A stretch of DNA of 64,000 nucleotides from Octopus sinensis (Eukaryota). Shown here piece by piece: positions 42,262 to 54,449 of this stretch. The notes below the pieces were generated by a model. That model was given only the letters and a program-made list of their open reading frames with translations. It had not been told where the DNA came from and made no database searches. The first letter of the stretch is position 1. Each line of letters opens with the position of its first letter. The position numbers and the translations under genes were made by a program. The DNA lies in NCBI RefSeq assembly GCF_006345805.1, contig NC_043004.1, positions 78,864,001 through 78,928,000 on the forward strand. The letters run 5' to 3'.

Positions 42262-42326
<65 letters not shown>

Positions 42327-42395
42327 TGTGTGTGGTTGTGTGTGTGTGTGTTGCCGGCGGGAAGATGAATCGGTGCTGCTTATAGCAGTCGAGTG

Positions 42396-42444
42396 ACCAT
42401 CATTGACGAGACCAAGGAAAGTCGAAATCACTTGGTTTGGTGGT
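42396..42444 (+). ncRNA. Degenerate hammerhead motif (same family as 40934-40980)
   Basis: ACCATCA-TTGACGA-GAC(CAAGGAAA)GTC-GAAA-TCACTTGG-TT-TGGTGGT: 7-bp stem I. Confidence 0.6.
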
Positions 42445-43009
42445 ATCGGTGTTGTAGATGACGGTGAATTGTCTCTCTGCTTGTGATATGAACAACAGGG
42501 CAAATTGCACCAAAATCTATTATGAGTGTTTCTCTCATCGTGTCTACCGTTTCTGAATATGCATATAAAGCTCCTATCTTATTGTACCGGCTACACCCTA
42601 ATGATTCCAGCTAGCAACAGCAGCTTTATGGGATTGTACCGAGCCCTGCCGATATACTGTAGGATAAATATTATAATAATAACAATATTATTGGGATGTA
42701 ATTTATAAATATTTTAACGCATTGCTACGCGCGTTTCCACTGATCACGTGTTTCTTACGATCATTGTCCGTATTCCTTGGATAAGTACAGTGCAGTCCGT
42801 AGTGTCTTTGGAAATTGGGTGGATCATATTCATATGTTCATTTCCTCGGGCGATATGGCGTTAACGTTAGAAGCAACGAATGTATAACTGAAGGTTGTTA
42901 ATCAATTTTGACCAATGAATAAGTTCATTGGGATATGTGGACAGTCCTGCGTGTATTTGGTGCGGAGGAGTTGAAAGTGATGGAAAGAAAGGAATGGTAC
43001 TTATAAAGG

Positions 43010-43422
43010 AGGCGGGGTGGCAGAAACGTTAGCACGCCGGGCGAAATACTTGGCGGTATTTCGTCTGCCGTTACGTTCTGAGTTCAAATTCCGCCGAGGT
43101 CGACTTTGCCTTTCATCCTTTCGGGGTTGATAAATTAAGTACCATTTACGCACTGGGGTCAATGTAATCGACTTAAACCCTTACCCGGCAGAAACGAATA
43201 TATGCGTTTTGACCTAAATCGTTTTTTTTTTCTATCTTTGGCGAGTTAACTCGTCAAAAGATAGACTCGCCAAAATCGACAATTAAAAAATAAAACAATT
43301 AAAAAATATGTCTGAAAAAATACATTTATTTTCAAAATAATTGTTGGGTAAGGGGTTAATACCTATGTCTGTCCTTGTTTGCCCCCTCTATGTTTAGCTC
43401 TTTGTGGGTAATAAAGAAATAA
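43010..43422 (+). mobile_element. SINE family A interrupted by a piggyBac-type MITE
   Basis: SINE sequence stops at GACTTAA and resumes at TTAATACCTATGTCTGTCC. Confidence 0.9.
43177..43355. mobile_element. piggyBac-type MITE (179 bp)
   Basis: TTAA duplicated (43173-76, 43356-59); TIRs (A/C)CCCTTACCC. Confidence 0.88.
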
Positions 43423-43770
43423 GTATTAATAAAGGTGGGGGAGGTGTATGTGGTGATGTTAGACTTATTTTGATATTTGTGTATGCAAATGTCAGGATGG
43501 GTGGTATAATTCATTGATTTGTCCTTAGTCGCAACAGATTGAGGATACTTTGTGCTGAAATCTTCTAGATTATCTTCCCTTGATTATATCTTTATTGAAC
43601 TTGTCTTTCGATATTTGAGTTTTGTTTTTACTCATACGTTTATTGAGCAGTCTGTTTTACGGAAATACACCATTATTTACAGAAACCATCGAACAATGGA
43701 AACGTGTGTTTGTGGGACATTGTAGGAAAAAAATTACTGTTGGAATCAGTAACAGAAGAAAAATGTGTTG

Positions 43771-43955
43771 CCGCAGAGTATGTCGACGGAGATGCGCGGT
43801 AACGACCATCCTCACTCACGAGGCTCACACTTTTAAATAGCCATTCCCGCTCCGACAGCGGTGAGCAAGGCTGTGGTCCGGGGGCCGAAAACACCAGCGG
43901 TTTCTACTGCCACAGGCTCGCTCATAGATGTGTCAGAGAGCGGCCGAAAGGCGGT
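43771..43955 (-). promoter_or_regulatory. CpG-rich promoter-like segment with TATA-like box
   Basis: Local GC/CpG island outside any recognised repeat; minus strand TATTTAAAAG at 43839-43830. Confidence 0.35.
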
Positions 43956-44530
43956 TTGTTTTTCTTAACGTCTGGAATTTTTAAAATATTTTCATGGAAA
44001 CAAAAACAAAAAAAAACCGTTGTAATGCTAAGGAGTGAGACCGTGTCATTTCGACTTCGAGTTATAGCAAATAATCAACTGTATTTTAATATTTTAATGA
44101 AAAAATTGCTTTGAAGAGATAAGAAAAATATAAAATCTTTTCTAACAGTTTTGGTCTTAATAACTGAGTATTGTTTGAAAAGTTTCGTTGGAGCAGTTCG
44201 TCTGCTTCGTAATCATCCACCTGGTTTAATTCCATGCATGCTACATAGATTAAGTGTTTTCTACCTTGTGGTTTGGAGTTTGGGGTTTAGGGTCTGAAAT
44301 AGTGCGGAAGCTCTTCGGATTGTATTTATTCTTAGATACTGCGTCTTGTACGTCACATCTCTTAACACCAAGACCAGTTCTATAGATACTTTCACAGGTC
44401 TGACAATAACTAAGAATAACTCTGCAGCAATCCATAAATTGAAGTCCCTCTCACCCTTAGTACCCTCGCAAATGTTATAGGCCCTGTCCCTCCCCTGTTG
44501 ACTAACTCATAGCAAATCGAACAAAGCAGT

Positions 44531-44561
<31 letters not shown>

Positions 44562-45576
44562 ACAACAACTTTAGTTTCCTCACCGTCTAAAGCTATTCGG
44601 TACTAAAAGCTCTGTGTCATTCTGTAGCGAGACGGAAGCCAAGGGTTTTTCATGCAAATTATCTTGCCCCAACAGCTGTAGAATGGAACAGGGTCGTTAA
44701 CCATGCTGTTTACTCCGACGTAATAATTAGCTATAATAGACTTAATTAAATTACCTAATTAATGTAAACACATACAAGAAATATCCCTGCAGGCCAGTAT
44801 TACTTACGATTCCCTTATGACTCCATGCTTTTCTATGATGTCTTCAGTCATTACATACCTTCATTGATACTGACGGCTTGAATTTATAGTTTCTGGCTTG
44901 ACTACCGTATGATATTTGTTCATTGGTTCAGCCGTCTCGCCATATTTCTAAATTACACTGGTTCTGTGTACTTTTATACCAAACTTACCATTAACAAAAA
45001 TTCCGCGAATACACTTGATCAAATTATATTTTAAGTACAGTAAAAGTGGCATTGCATGGTTGTCATATAAACCATGTGAAAAAGTTAGACAAAATTCGTT
45101 TAAAGACGAGCCACAAATTCATATTGTGTGTCGTCTACATTCTTTTCGGTGTTTGTAAATATTTTAATCCTCTTTGGACTTAATCGATAACATTAGATGG
45201 GTAAGAAAGAAATGATTTTAAAAAAGGTAAAAGAGGAACACATCGGATGAAGGAGTCCAAGATATTAAAAAAAAACGGAATGTCACAACTAGGATACCTT
45301 TAAACGTAGAGCTGCTCGATCATGTCAGACGTAGATCGAAACAGAAATAACAACAGCAATAACATTAATAGTTTTCACCAGAAATCTTTCAATGAATATA
45401 AACATAGTGCAAAATTTCAAACCCAAGACGTTCTATCGTCTGCCTGGTGGCCGAAAGTCACCACCGGTGTTGTGAATACATGCGTACATACATACATATA
45501 TACATACATACATACATACATCAATCCATCCATCCATCCATCCATCCATACATACATACATACATATATGCATACA

Positions 45577-45951
45577 TCTATATACATAAATTGTGAAATG
45601 GTGTGTGTGTGTGTGTGGGGGGGGGGGGTTGAGGTTGCTCTAACTCCTCCCACACCGTTCAACCGATTTTAATGATGTTTGGCACATACTCTGAAGTTCA
45701 AACAAGGCTGGATTTTTTTCGGAAACTCGATAATGCTCAGTTGGCATCGATTTTTGTAAGATCAATCGGGCGTTTGAATGAAAATTCCCGTAACGATGTT
45801 ATTTTTCCTGCAGCTTTTGCCTTTTTTTCACGTGTAAAATTTCAACAAAATTGATAGAATAGTCTCTATGGAAATGCTTATTCAATACAAGGTCAGACAT
45901 GGGACTAACTTCAACACAGCAGACACGAGCAACGCCGGGTCCAACAGCTAG
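45577..45951 (+). mobile_element. Non-autonomous Helitron-like element
   Basis: A|TCTATATAC 5' end, (GT)n, CCGATTTTAATGATGTTTGGCAC motif, subterminal ACGAGCAACGCCGGGT, CTAG|T 3' end. Confidence 0.8.
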
Positions 45952-47049
45952 TACACACACACACACATATGCATATATATGTATATATACATAAACACAT
46001 CGGGGGAGAGAGAGAAGGGATACATACACACACACACACACACTCACAAACGTTTCAGCATAGTCATTGTATCATCTGGCCGGAAATCAGCTTCTTTGCC
46101 AATAATGTGTTTCGACAGTTCAGTTATAAGGAATAGCACTTTTCTTGAAATTATTCTACTGTCTTCCTGTTTCTATAAACTCTTCTCACTTCCGGTCCAA
46201 TTTTTTCTTGTTGTTGTTTCTTAATTGTTTTGTTGACTTTATTTTCTTATCAGATTGGGATGAGTTGTTTAAATTGCACAAAATATTTTACCGTTACAGA
46301 TATTTCGTGAATGAAGTTCTGTCGAATTTGTTATTTATTATCCCATAGTCAGACTTATTCGAGCAAACCTGTCCTAAAAGACATTCAAGCCATAAATATC
46401 CAACTTTGTTTTTCCATTTTCGTACCCTGGCCGCGCATTATCTAAGCGTATATATTTTTAAAAGAAGATAGTGTTTGAGATGGTTTGTTAAGCGACAGAT
46501 TAGGTCTCGCTTGCTAGCTTGACTACACGAAAGGTGTCAAGAACAATTTGCTTGACAGAAAAAAATCATCAGGGTTTGTTCTTTGACCTAATAATGCGAA
46601 GAAGTGAAAGAAGACTCACCTTCCTTCCTTCCTTCCTTCCTTCCTTCCTTCCAAGGGATATTTCTAGGAGTGAGAAAGTAGCAGTTGATTTATTTTGTTA
46701 GTCTTGGCTTTGATTTCACTTTGCCTAAGCTTTGTTTCTATTTAATTAATTCCAATTAATTAAATATTATGATAGAATGCTTTTTGTAGAGTTGAAATAT
46801 TTATGAGTCGTTTACAAATTAATTTTGTCATTGTCATTAATTACCACTGGGCAAACAGGAAATAAGTGAACGAAACTAATTGACGTATAATTAATGAACA
46901 CGAACGGGAAATAAAGCGGAATATTTGAGGACAGTCTAAGACAATTTTCAATAATATTCGAAAGTTTTAATTATCTATTAAGAGTATCATTGCCTCCCCT
47001 CCTTGATGATATCGATGATAGTTAATTAATGAATAGTATCTCTTATAAA

Positions 47050-47412
47050 TCTCTCTATATATAAACGGCAAAATGTCTGTCTGTCTGTCTGTGTGTGTGT
47101 CCTTTTTACAAATCCACAATTTTTCAGTTGGAGGGCTCACACTTTCTATGGTCATTCAAAACCGTCCAAGGGTGGTCGTGCATATCTTTACATTTCCCCA
47201 GTCACCCCGCAAAGCCATTAAAAAATCAATAGAAGTGACTTTTTTGTGAATTTTCTATCCAAAACCCAATCAAAATGCTCGAAACTTGATACGCCAATTG
47301 AATGCCAGCTAGCTGTATTTGATTGGTCGGAGATTTGGACAGTACTCGTGTGTATGTGCGCACGCACGCAGCTGTATATGCATGCACTGGCATTGCCGGG
47401 TCATAGTGCTAG
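47050..47412 (+). mobile_element. Non-autonomous Helitron-like element
   Basis: A|TCTCTCTATATATAA 5' end, (TGTC)n, hairpin CTGGCATTGCCGG, CTAG|T 3' end. Confidence 0.85.
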
Positions 47413-47796
47413 TTATTTGATAAATTCAAAAGTAATTGAGGATTATTTGTGTATGATGTGATTGTCTCTCCCGAGAATATATGAAAATCCAGTTCTTCGG
47501 ATGTTTTGGTGTTTTATGACAAATGATAGTCGTGTTCAATGATCAAATTCTTTGATATTTTACATTTATACATAAGAAAGAAAACTAGAGTCTCCTTCCT
47601 TCATTTTCATTCTTGGGAAATGGAATAGAAAGATGCTTACGAATTCTCTTTTGATGATTTTTGTTGTGTATAACAACCGCATCTGTCAAAGTAAAGTGTT
47701 TACCTTTTCTAGTGAATGCGTACATCAACTCTTTGTACATAGAAATTGTCGGAAGGACAAATATAATCTTTTTATCCACATACGCACGCGCGCATG

Positions 47797-47840
<44 letters not shown>

Positions 47841-47960
47841 CACACACACACAAATCTGCTCTGTGCATTCCTGCATGTATGTCTGTATGCGAGTCTGTTT
47901 ATGTGTGCATGATTTATTTTACTAGTCGTCGTCTGGTGATAGACATTCATATACATGCGC

Positions 47961-48040
<80 letters not shown>

Positions 48041-48996
48041 ATGTGTGTGTGTGTGTATGTAAATATGTTTACCTGCATATATGTATATAAATATTTATTC
48101 TCCACTCAAGCTCATATACACATTCATACATACACATATATGCAAATGTGTGTGTATGTATGTGTATGAGTATGTATGGATGTGAGTATATATGTATGTA
48201 CATATCAATATATAAAAAGTAGAACTTTGTCCGCAGCTTATTCCACGAGATCAAAGATTGCAATACAGAAGCTGAACTTGAAACGAAAGAAAGAAATACT
48301 GTAATTCATATTATATTAAATTAATTATCTAACTCTAAGAATGTGACGGAAAATTATATACATAACGCCTTCATATAAGAAAAATGATAGAAATTATAAT
48401 TCTATAAGTAACCTTTCTGACTTGCTTATTTTGCTGGAAATTCTTTTTACGAGATTGTTTACTACAACGCTCTAACTATTTCTACATAACAACATGATTA
48501 AGCAAGAGTCTCAAATATTTCTACATATCTTGTCAGAAAGATTTATCGTTTTGTATCAGGTTATTAATAATTGTAAGAGCAGACGATCACCATTTATTCA
48601 TAAGTGACGGGGCGTAACGTAACTCTGCTCTTCCTGACCGCAAAGCCAGCTAGAGGCCATCGGGTATTTCCTCTCAAACCAGTATTTCTAAAATACCTTC
48701 AGCTCTTCTGTCTGATTCCATCGCTGTTATAATTTTTCATTTCTATCTTCATCATATTTTTGTCCCCTTTTTCTTCATACTCACTGACCCCGGTTTATCT
48801 CTGCGATGTTTATCATTTCATTTATGTTTTCTCAGGTTTCTACTCGACCTCCATATTTTTCACTACTGACGGCCATGATGTCGTTCATAATCATTTCTAA
48901 TTCCATCTTCGACGGTTCGATCTCAGCATCAATCAATTAGTTTCTAGAAAACATCAAATCTGTTTGAAACAGCGAAACCAAATATTTATATAGATA

Positions 48997-49606
48997 TTGG
49001 GTCATCCCATAAATAATGCGGTTTTTATACTTCTTTTATTTTTCAAAATCAAGATAAACAAAGTTATTTTTTAATCTAAAATATACTCTCCATTTTCTAC
49101 AAGATTCTTCCATCTGTCTGGTAAACTTGCAAGGACCCTCTTCCAAAATTCATTTGTCCGTGACGAAAAATACTCTAGAACTATTCTGACGTCTACAAAA
49201 TTCATATTTTTTAGCCCAAATGATTTTGAAGACTGTGGAATAAATGATAAGCAGATGAAGCAAATATGGTAGGTGGAGGATCGTTTCCCATTCAAAATGC
49301 TCCAGCCTATGGAATGTCATCCTCGCTGTATGTGGCCGTTTTTATCCTGATGGAAGAACACCTTTCGTCTTGAAAGCAATGATGGTCGTTTTTCTTCAAG
49401 CGCCGACTTAAGCCACTCATGCTTCTAGCAGTAGATCTCCTTTGTTATCGTTTGGTTTGGGTTTAAAAGCTCAAAATGAACTAAGCCTTTCATATTCCAT
49501 CAAACAGATAACACCTTACGTGGGTGAAGACCTTCTTTAGCCTAGAGTGCCAGTGTTTCTCCTTTCCTTACCCACTGTCTTGTGCGCTTGAATTTTTTAT
49601 AGAGAA
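48997..49606 (-). mobile_element. mariner remnant (3' half with one TIR)
   Basis: TA + TIR TTGGGTCATCCCATAAATAATGCGGTTTT; minus-strand fragments KRTRQWV, LHPRKV, EKRPSLLSRRKVFFHQD, EFWKRVLASLPDRWKNLVENGEYILD. Confidence 0.88.
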
Positions 49607-49999
49607 CTAGCAGTATCGCCCGGCGTTGCTCGAGTTTGTAAGGGAAATAATTATATAAGCATTTTTAGAGATGTAAAGTATAATAGCCATCTCAATATGG
49701 CTAACCACAAAGGGGGAGGGGTGTTACTGTAGCTTTTTACGTTCTGAGATTTAATAATAAATTTTAGAGAGTTACTTCCCTTATATATGTCAAAAATGGA
49801 TTAAAAATGGGAAAAATTGATGGTAATTTTTTTTAAATCGTAGACTCATCGTAGACGCGCGCTAATACCCAGACGGTCTCGAGATGAATCACGACTATAA
49901 GATACCCGGTTTTGGTTAAACTGCACCGCAAAATGTGGGAGTAGTTAGGAATCTAAATCATAGGAGACAGACACACAACCTCACTTTTATATATAAAGA
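49607..49999 (-). mobile_element. Non-autonomous Helitron-like element
   Basis: Minus strand A|TCTTTATATATAAAAG ... CTCGAGCAACGCCGGGCGATACTGCTAG|T. Confidence 0.85.
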
Positions 50000-50059
50000 T
50001 TTCCTCTATTTACATAATATTGAGGTCTCTTTCTTTCTTTTGTTATCTTACTGTTTTTA

Positions 50060-50106
<47 letters not shown>

Positions 50107-50197
50107 TATATATATTATATATATATATATATAGTTACAGAGATGTACTTGCATAGCAAGTGACTTGATCTGAGATCGTGTGCTGGAACGAAAACAG

Positions 50198-50456
50198 TTG
50201 CAGCGTTGAAGGTGTTTATAAGCCATTTAAGGAACACACAAAAACCGTTAGATTCACTTCAACATTTAAATTTAATTTGTCAAAATATTTTCGTCGCTTT
50301 GAGACCGCGACCTGTTAGCACGATATTTTTGTCAGTGAACAGGTCGCGGTCTCAAAGCGAGGAAAATATTTTGGCAAATTAAATTTAAATGTTGAAGTGA
50401 CTCTAACGGTTTTTGTGTGTTTCTTAAATGGCTTACAAACACCTTCCACGCTGCAA
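50198..50456. repeat. Inverted repeat (~119-bp arms) in (TA)n with G3-C8 hammerhead-like motif (50328-50378, +)
   Basis: Arms 50198-50316 and 50338-50456; TTTGTCA-GTGAACA-G-GTCGC(9 nt)GCGA(G/C)-GAAA-ATAT-TT-TG(G/A)CAAA. Confidence 0.85.
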
Positions 50457-50821
50457 TATATATATACACACATATATATATATGTATGTATGTATGTATG
50501 TGTGTATATGTGTATGCATGTATGTGTGTGTGTGTGCGTGTCTGTGCTTGTGATTGTCCTCCACCACTGCTTGACAACGAATGTTGGTTTGTTTACATCC
50601 CTGTCACCTAGTGGTTTGACAAAGGAAACAGATAGAACAAGTACAATGCTTACAAAAATAAAACTGGAGTTGATTCATTAAACTACAATTCTTCAAGGCA
50701 TTGCCCCAGCATGGCCACAGACCAATGGCTGGAAAAAGCAGAAGAATAAAAGAATACATTCTCTGCTTTGGTCTTATGTTCAAGGCATGAGAAAGCTTGA
50801 GTTTACATGAGAAGGCCTAAC

Positions 50822-51116
50822 AGACCTGGTAGAAACAGCAGCCAAATCTCCCTCAAATCACACCTTACTGTCTTATGTATGTATATATATATGAGCCAAT
50901 GAGGGGGACCTCTACATGGTAGCTAGACCTGGTAGAAATAGCAGCCAAATTTCCCCCAAATCACACCTTACTGTCTTATCTATGTATATATGTATGTATG
51001 AGCCTATGAGGGAGACCCCTACATGGCAGCTAGACATGGTAGAAATAGCAGCCAAATCTCCCTCAAATCACACCTTACTGTCTTATGTATGTATATATAT
51101 GTATATATACAAGCCA
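50822..51116. repeat. Tandem repeat, ~105-bp unit x ~3
   Basis: AGAC(C/A)TGGTAGAAA(C/T)AGCAGCCAAAT...TCACACCTTACTGTCTTA at 50822, 50925 and 51032. Confidence 0.9.
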
Positions 51117-51580
51117 CTACGGTTATTTAATGTAAAGTCTTCCTCAAATCACTCTCGCTATTTACTCTCTTCCAAGAACATTTTCACTCACTCTTATCTC
51201 TTAGCTTGCCATACATTTTACTCATGTATCTATTAGCGTGATAGACAGAAACAAATATTACATCGCCATCGCCATCGCCATCGCATTATATTGTCTACCT
51301 GTCAACACACACACATTGAATTACTTTCATTTTATTCGTTGCACACTGTGTGTGTGCGTGTGCGTGTGGTGTAAACCACATTAAGAAAAGCATTTGACAT
51401 ACACACCAGAATGTGAGTTTTCTGTAAATTTTGCTTAATTGGAGTTTAAATTTTAAAAACTGGACCTGGCATGACCCGATGCATTCTACTCTTAAAAATG
51501 CTAGGTAAATTGTAATTGAAGAAATCCTATATTGTAGATTTCTATAACTAACAAAGGGAGGCAGATAAAATCTGCCTTTT

Positions 51581-51650
51581 ATAATAAGAGATCCATTTCT
51601 CGTCACCCGTCACTATTCGGTTAAAAAAATGTTCATCCGTGAGACATGAC
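51581..51650 (-). pseudogene. mariner transposase fragment
   Basis: HFFNRIVTGDEKWISYY (first catalytic D motif TGDEKW). Confidence 0.75.
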
Positions 51651-52791
51651 AGCGAATTTCAATGTTTCAACACAAATGCAGATTTGTGATGGCAAAGCTC
51701 CATAAAGAGCATACATACCATGAAGTTCTTTTGCAGTTCTTTGACTATGCTTAACAAACAGTGATCTTGACCAATGTGACCTCACAATCAACACACTAAA
51801 GTTACATTCAAAATACCAATTTTCCTAAGAGACAGTTAAAAGTTCAACAAAACGTCTCATCCAGTTTGCAATGATAGTCACACTAAATTTAGCAAAGCGT
51901 GGGCATATCTGCAGATAAATTCTGCAAATATGAGACGTATGATGTCAAGGGCCACAAAAATTTGTTGTTTCTTAACATCTAATTGTATAAAGGATATTTC
52001 TGTCATCCTCTGGACATTTGAAACCGGTTTGGTTGAAAATACTGAAAGTTGCTCAAGTTTGATGCTTTTTATTTACTAAACATACTTAAAACATTAGTTT
52101 TGTTTTCACTTTTGTAGTTGTATTTACTTTAAATGACATTGAAAAACCATGTTTCATACATGGGTTCGCATCTGATGAAGTCAAATCTATCCTTAGAAAT
52201 TGTGACAATACCAGAAACTTTGAAAAATGGACATCTAAGTTTGTGGAAAATCTTGACATGATAGAGCAAAATAGATTTCATTTTTGAAATCAACACCCCG
52301 AATTAGTAGGAAACATGTCTCCAACATCGGACAACAAAAACCCTCTTCCCCAGTGTAAGAGATAAAAGATATGTGTGAATCTATATTGAACTGCGTGAGC
52401 GCGAATACTTTTATACATATGTGTATATATGTGTGTTGATTAAATATGAAACACGTTTGCATATTTGAGACATTATGAATATTTAAAAGCACACAACTAT
52501 GTGAAAAACCGTTCACGTTGTAACAATGTGTCAACTTTCGAACTTGTATGTATTCATCGATGGCAGGACAACCTGATATACAACGTATGTTGTTGACCTC
52601 ACTCAACACGAAGGGAAATTCTTAACATATTACAGTGTCTCCGCAAAGCAATTCACAATTCTAATGTTTGAACAATCTTTTGAACACTCGAGGAATAACG
52701 AACAATGTTAGAATTTCAGAGTGGCAAATTGCGTGCAAGTTGAAAAATGGTGGACAGAAACACTACAACAATTTGTTTTTTGATGGTAATA

Positions 52792-52945
52792 GGCGCAGGC
52801 ATGGCTGTGTGGTTAAGAAGCTTGCTTTGCAACCACGTACTTGTAGGTTCAATCCCACTGCGTGGCACCTGGAGCGAATGCCTTCTTTTGTAGCTGAGGC
52901 ATTGTAAGTGAATTTGGTAGACGGGAACGGTATGGAAGCCTGTAG
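52792..52945 (+). mobile_element. SINE family B head
   Basis: GGCGCAGGCATGGCTGTGTGGTTAAGAAGC...GGTTCAATCCCACTGCGTGGCACC. Confidence 0.8.
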
Positions 52946-52952
52946 TGTATAT

Positions 52953-53156
52953 ATTCTTTTACTTGTTTCAGTCATTTGATTGCGGCCTTGCTGGAGCACC
53001 GCCTTTAGTCGAACAAATCGACCCCAGGACTTATTCTTTGTAAGCTAAGTACCTATTTCATCGGTCTTGTTTGGCGAACCGCTAAGTTAGGAGGACGTAA
53101 ACACACCAGCATCAGTGTCAAGTGATGGTGGATGAGGAACACAGACACACAAATAC

Positions 53157-53198
<42 letters not shown>

Positions 53199-53357
53199 GA
53201 CGGGTTTCTTCCAGTTTCCGTCTACCGAATACAGCCACAAGGCTTTGGTCGACCCATGGCTATAGTAGAAGACACTTGCTCAAGGTGTCACACAGTAGGA
53301 CTGAACCCGGAACCATGTAGTTGGTAAGCAAGTTTCTTACCACAGAGCCACTCCTGC
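52953..53357 (-). mobile_element. SINE family B, full length
   Basis: Matches 15357-15763. Confidence 0.88.
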
Positions 53358-53358
53358 T

Positions 53359-53401
<43 letters not shown>

Positions 53402-54042
53402 TGTGTGTGTGTATGTGTGTATGTTTGTGTGTGTGTGTGTGTGTGTTTGTGCCTTCGCGTTTGTGTTTTACCCGCACTCCGCTCGACAATTGGTGTCACT
53501 TAGAGGTTCGGCAAAACATAGCTATACAGTAAGTATAAGACTTAAAATAATATGTACAGCAGTCGAATTGTTCGGCTAAATTCCTTCAGAGGCGTGCTCC
53601 AGCGTGGCAGCAGTCCAATAAATGAAACAAGTAAACAATAAAAGATATATTTAATCGGTATTCAAGTCACCGTTTCAAAATCCGTCCTAAAGGACCAAAT
53701 CTTCCCGCCGAGTTTTTAAAACTATACAAACTGTATTAGCGGTTAGAGCAGTAATTATGGCACACGACCGATCTTGTTTATCGCTAACGGAATGGATTAT
53801 GATACTTTCTCATGTACCACGCTGAAGCATTCCAAAGAAATCGCAAATATTTTGCTTGTATTTAGATTAATTCTCTCAGGTAAATTACCGCGGGAAGTAA
53901 TTAAGTAATTAACTCTGATTACAGACAAAGTCTAATTAAATCTCTATTTAATATAACCGTGACTCATCACATTTTATCTGTTTGCTTCTTTCTCTGCCTG
54001 TTCTGTCTGCCTGTCTGTCTGTTTGTGTGTATTTCTCTCTGC

Positions 54043-54121
<79 letters not shown>

Positions 54122-54135
54122 AATCTATGTATCTG

Positions 54136-54204
<69 letters not shown>

Positions 54205-54449
54205 ATATATTATGATCAAAGTTGGGAGATAAGTCCATGTAGATATGGTGTAACTCTCAGAAGAGGACCGATCAGTCCAAGTAAATATAATGTAAGTCTC
54301 AGAATAGGACCGAAGAACATATTACAGTCTTTGACCATGAAGATTAGTACACTTAAACTAAACTACTTTTCTGACATACTAGCAACCTGTCACCAGGGAC
54401 CTCTGTCCAAACTTTGTCAAGGTATATAGTATTATTACTGTCCAAAGGA

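Larger units (their letters stand above)
41085..42267 (-). mobile_element. Hammerhead-bearing ~535-bp tandem unit (1.6 copies) plus inverted partial copy; retrozyme or Penelope pseudo-LTR-like
   Basis: Direct repeat 41085-41619 and 41620-41962; inverted copy 41976-42267; (TA)n on both sides; no ORF. Confidence 0.85.

Noticed and set aside
50822-51116. Regularly spaced repeats suggestive of a CRISPR array
   Set aside because: The 'spacers' are homologous to each other, the context is eukaryotic and there are no cas genes
51760-52345. Possible DNA transposon end (…GAAATCAACACCCCGAATTAG…CCCCAGTG)
   Set aside because: No matching second terminus or convincing protein motif was identified
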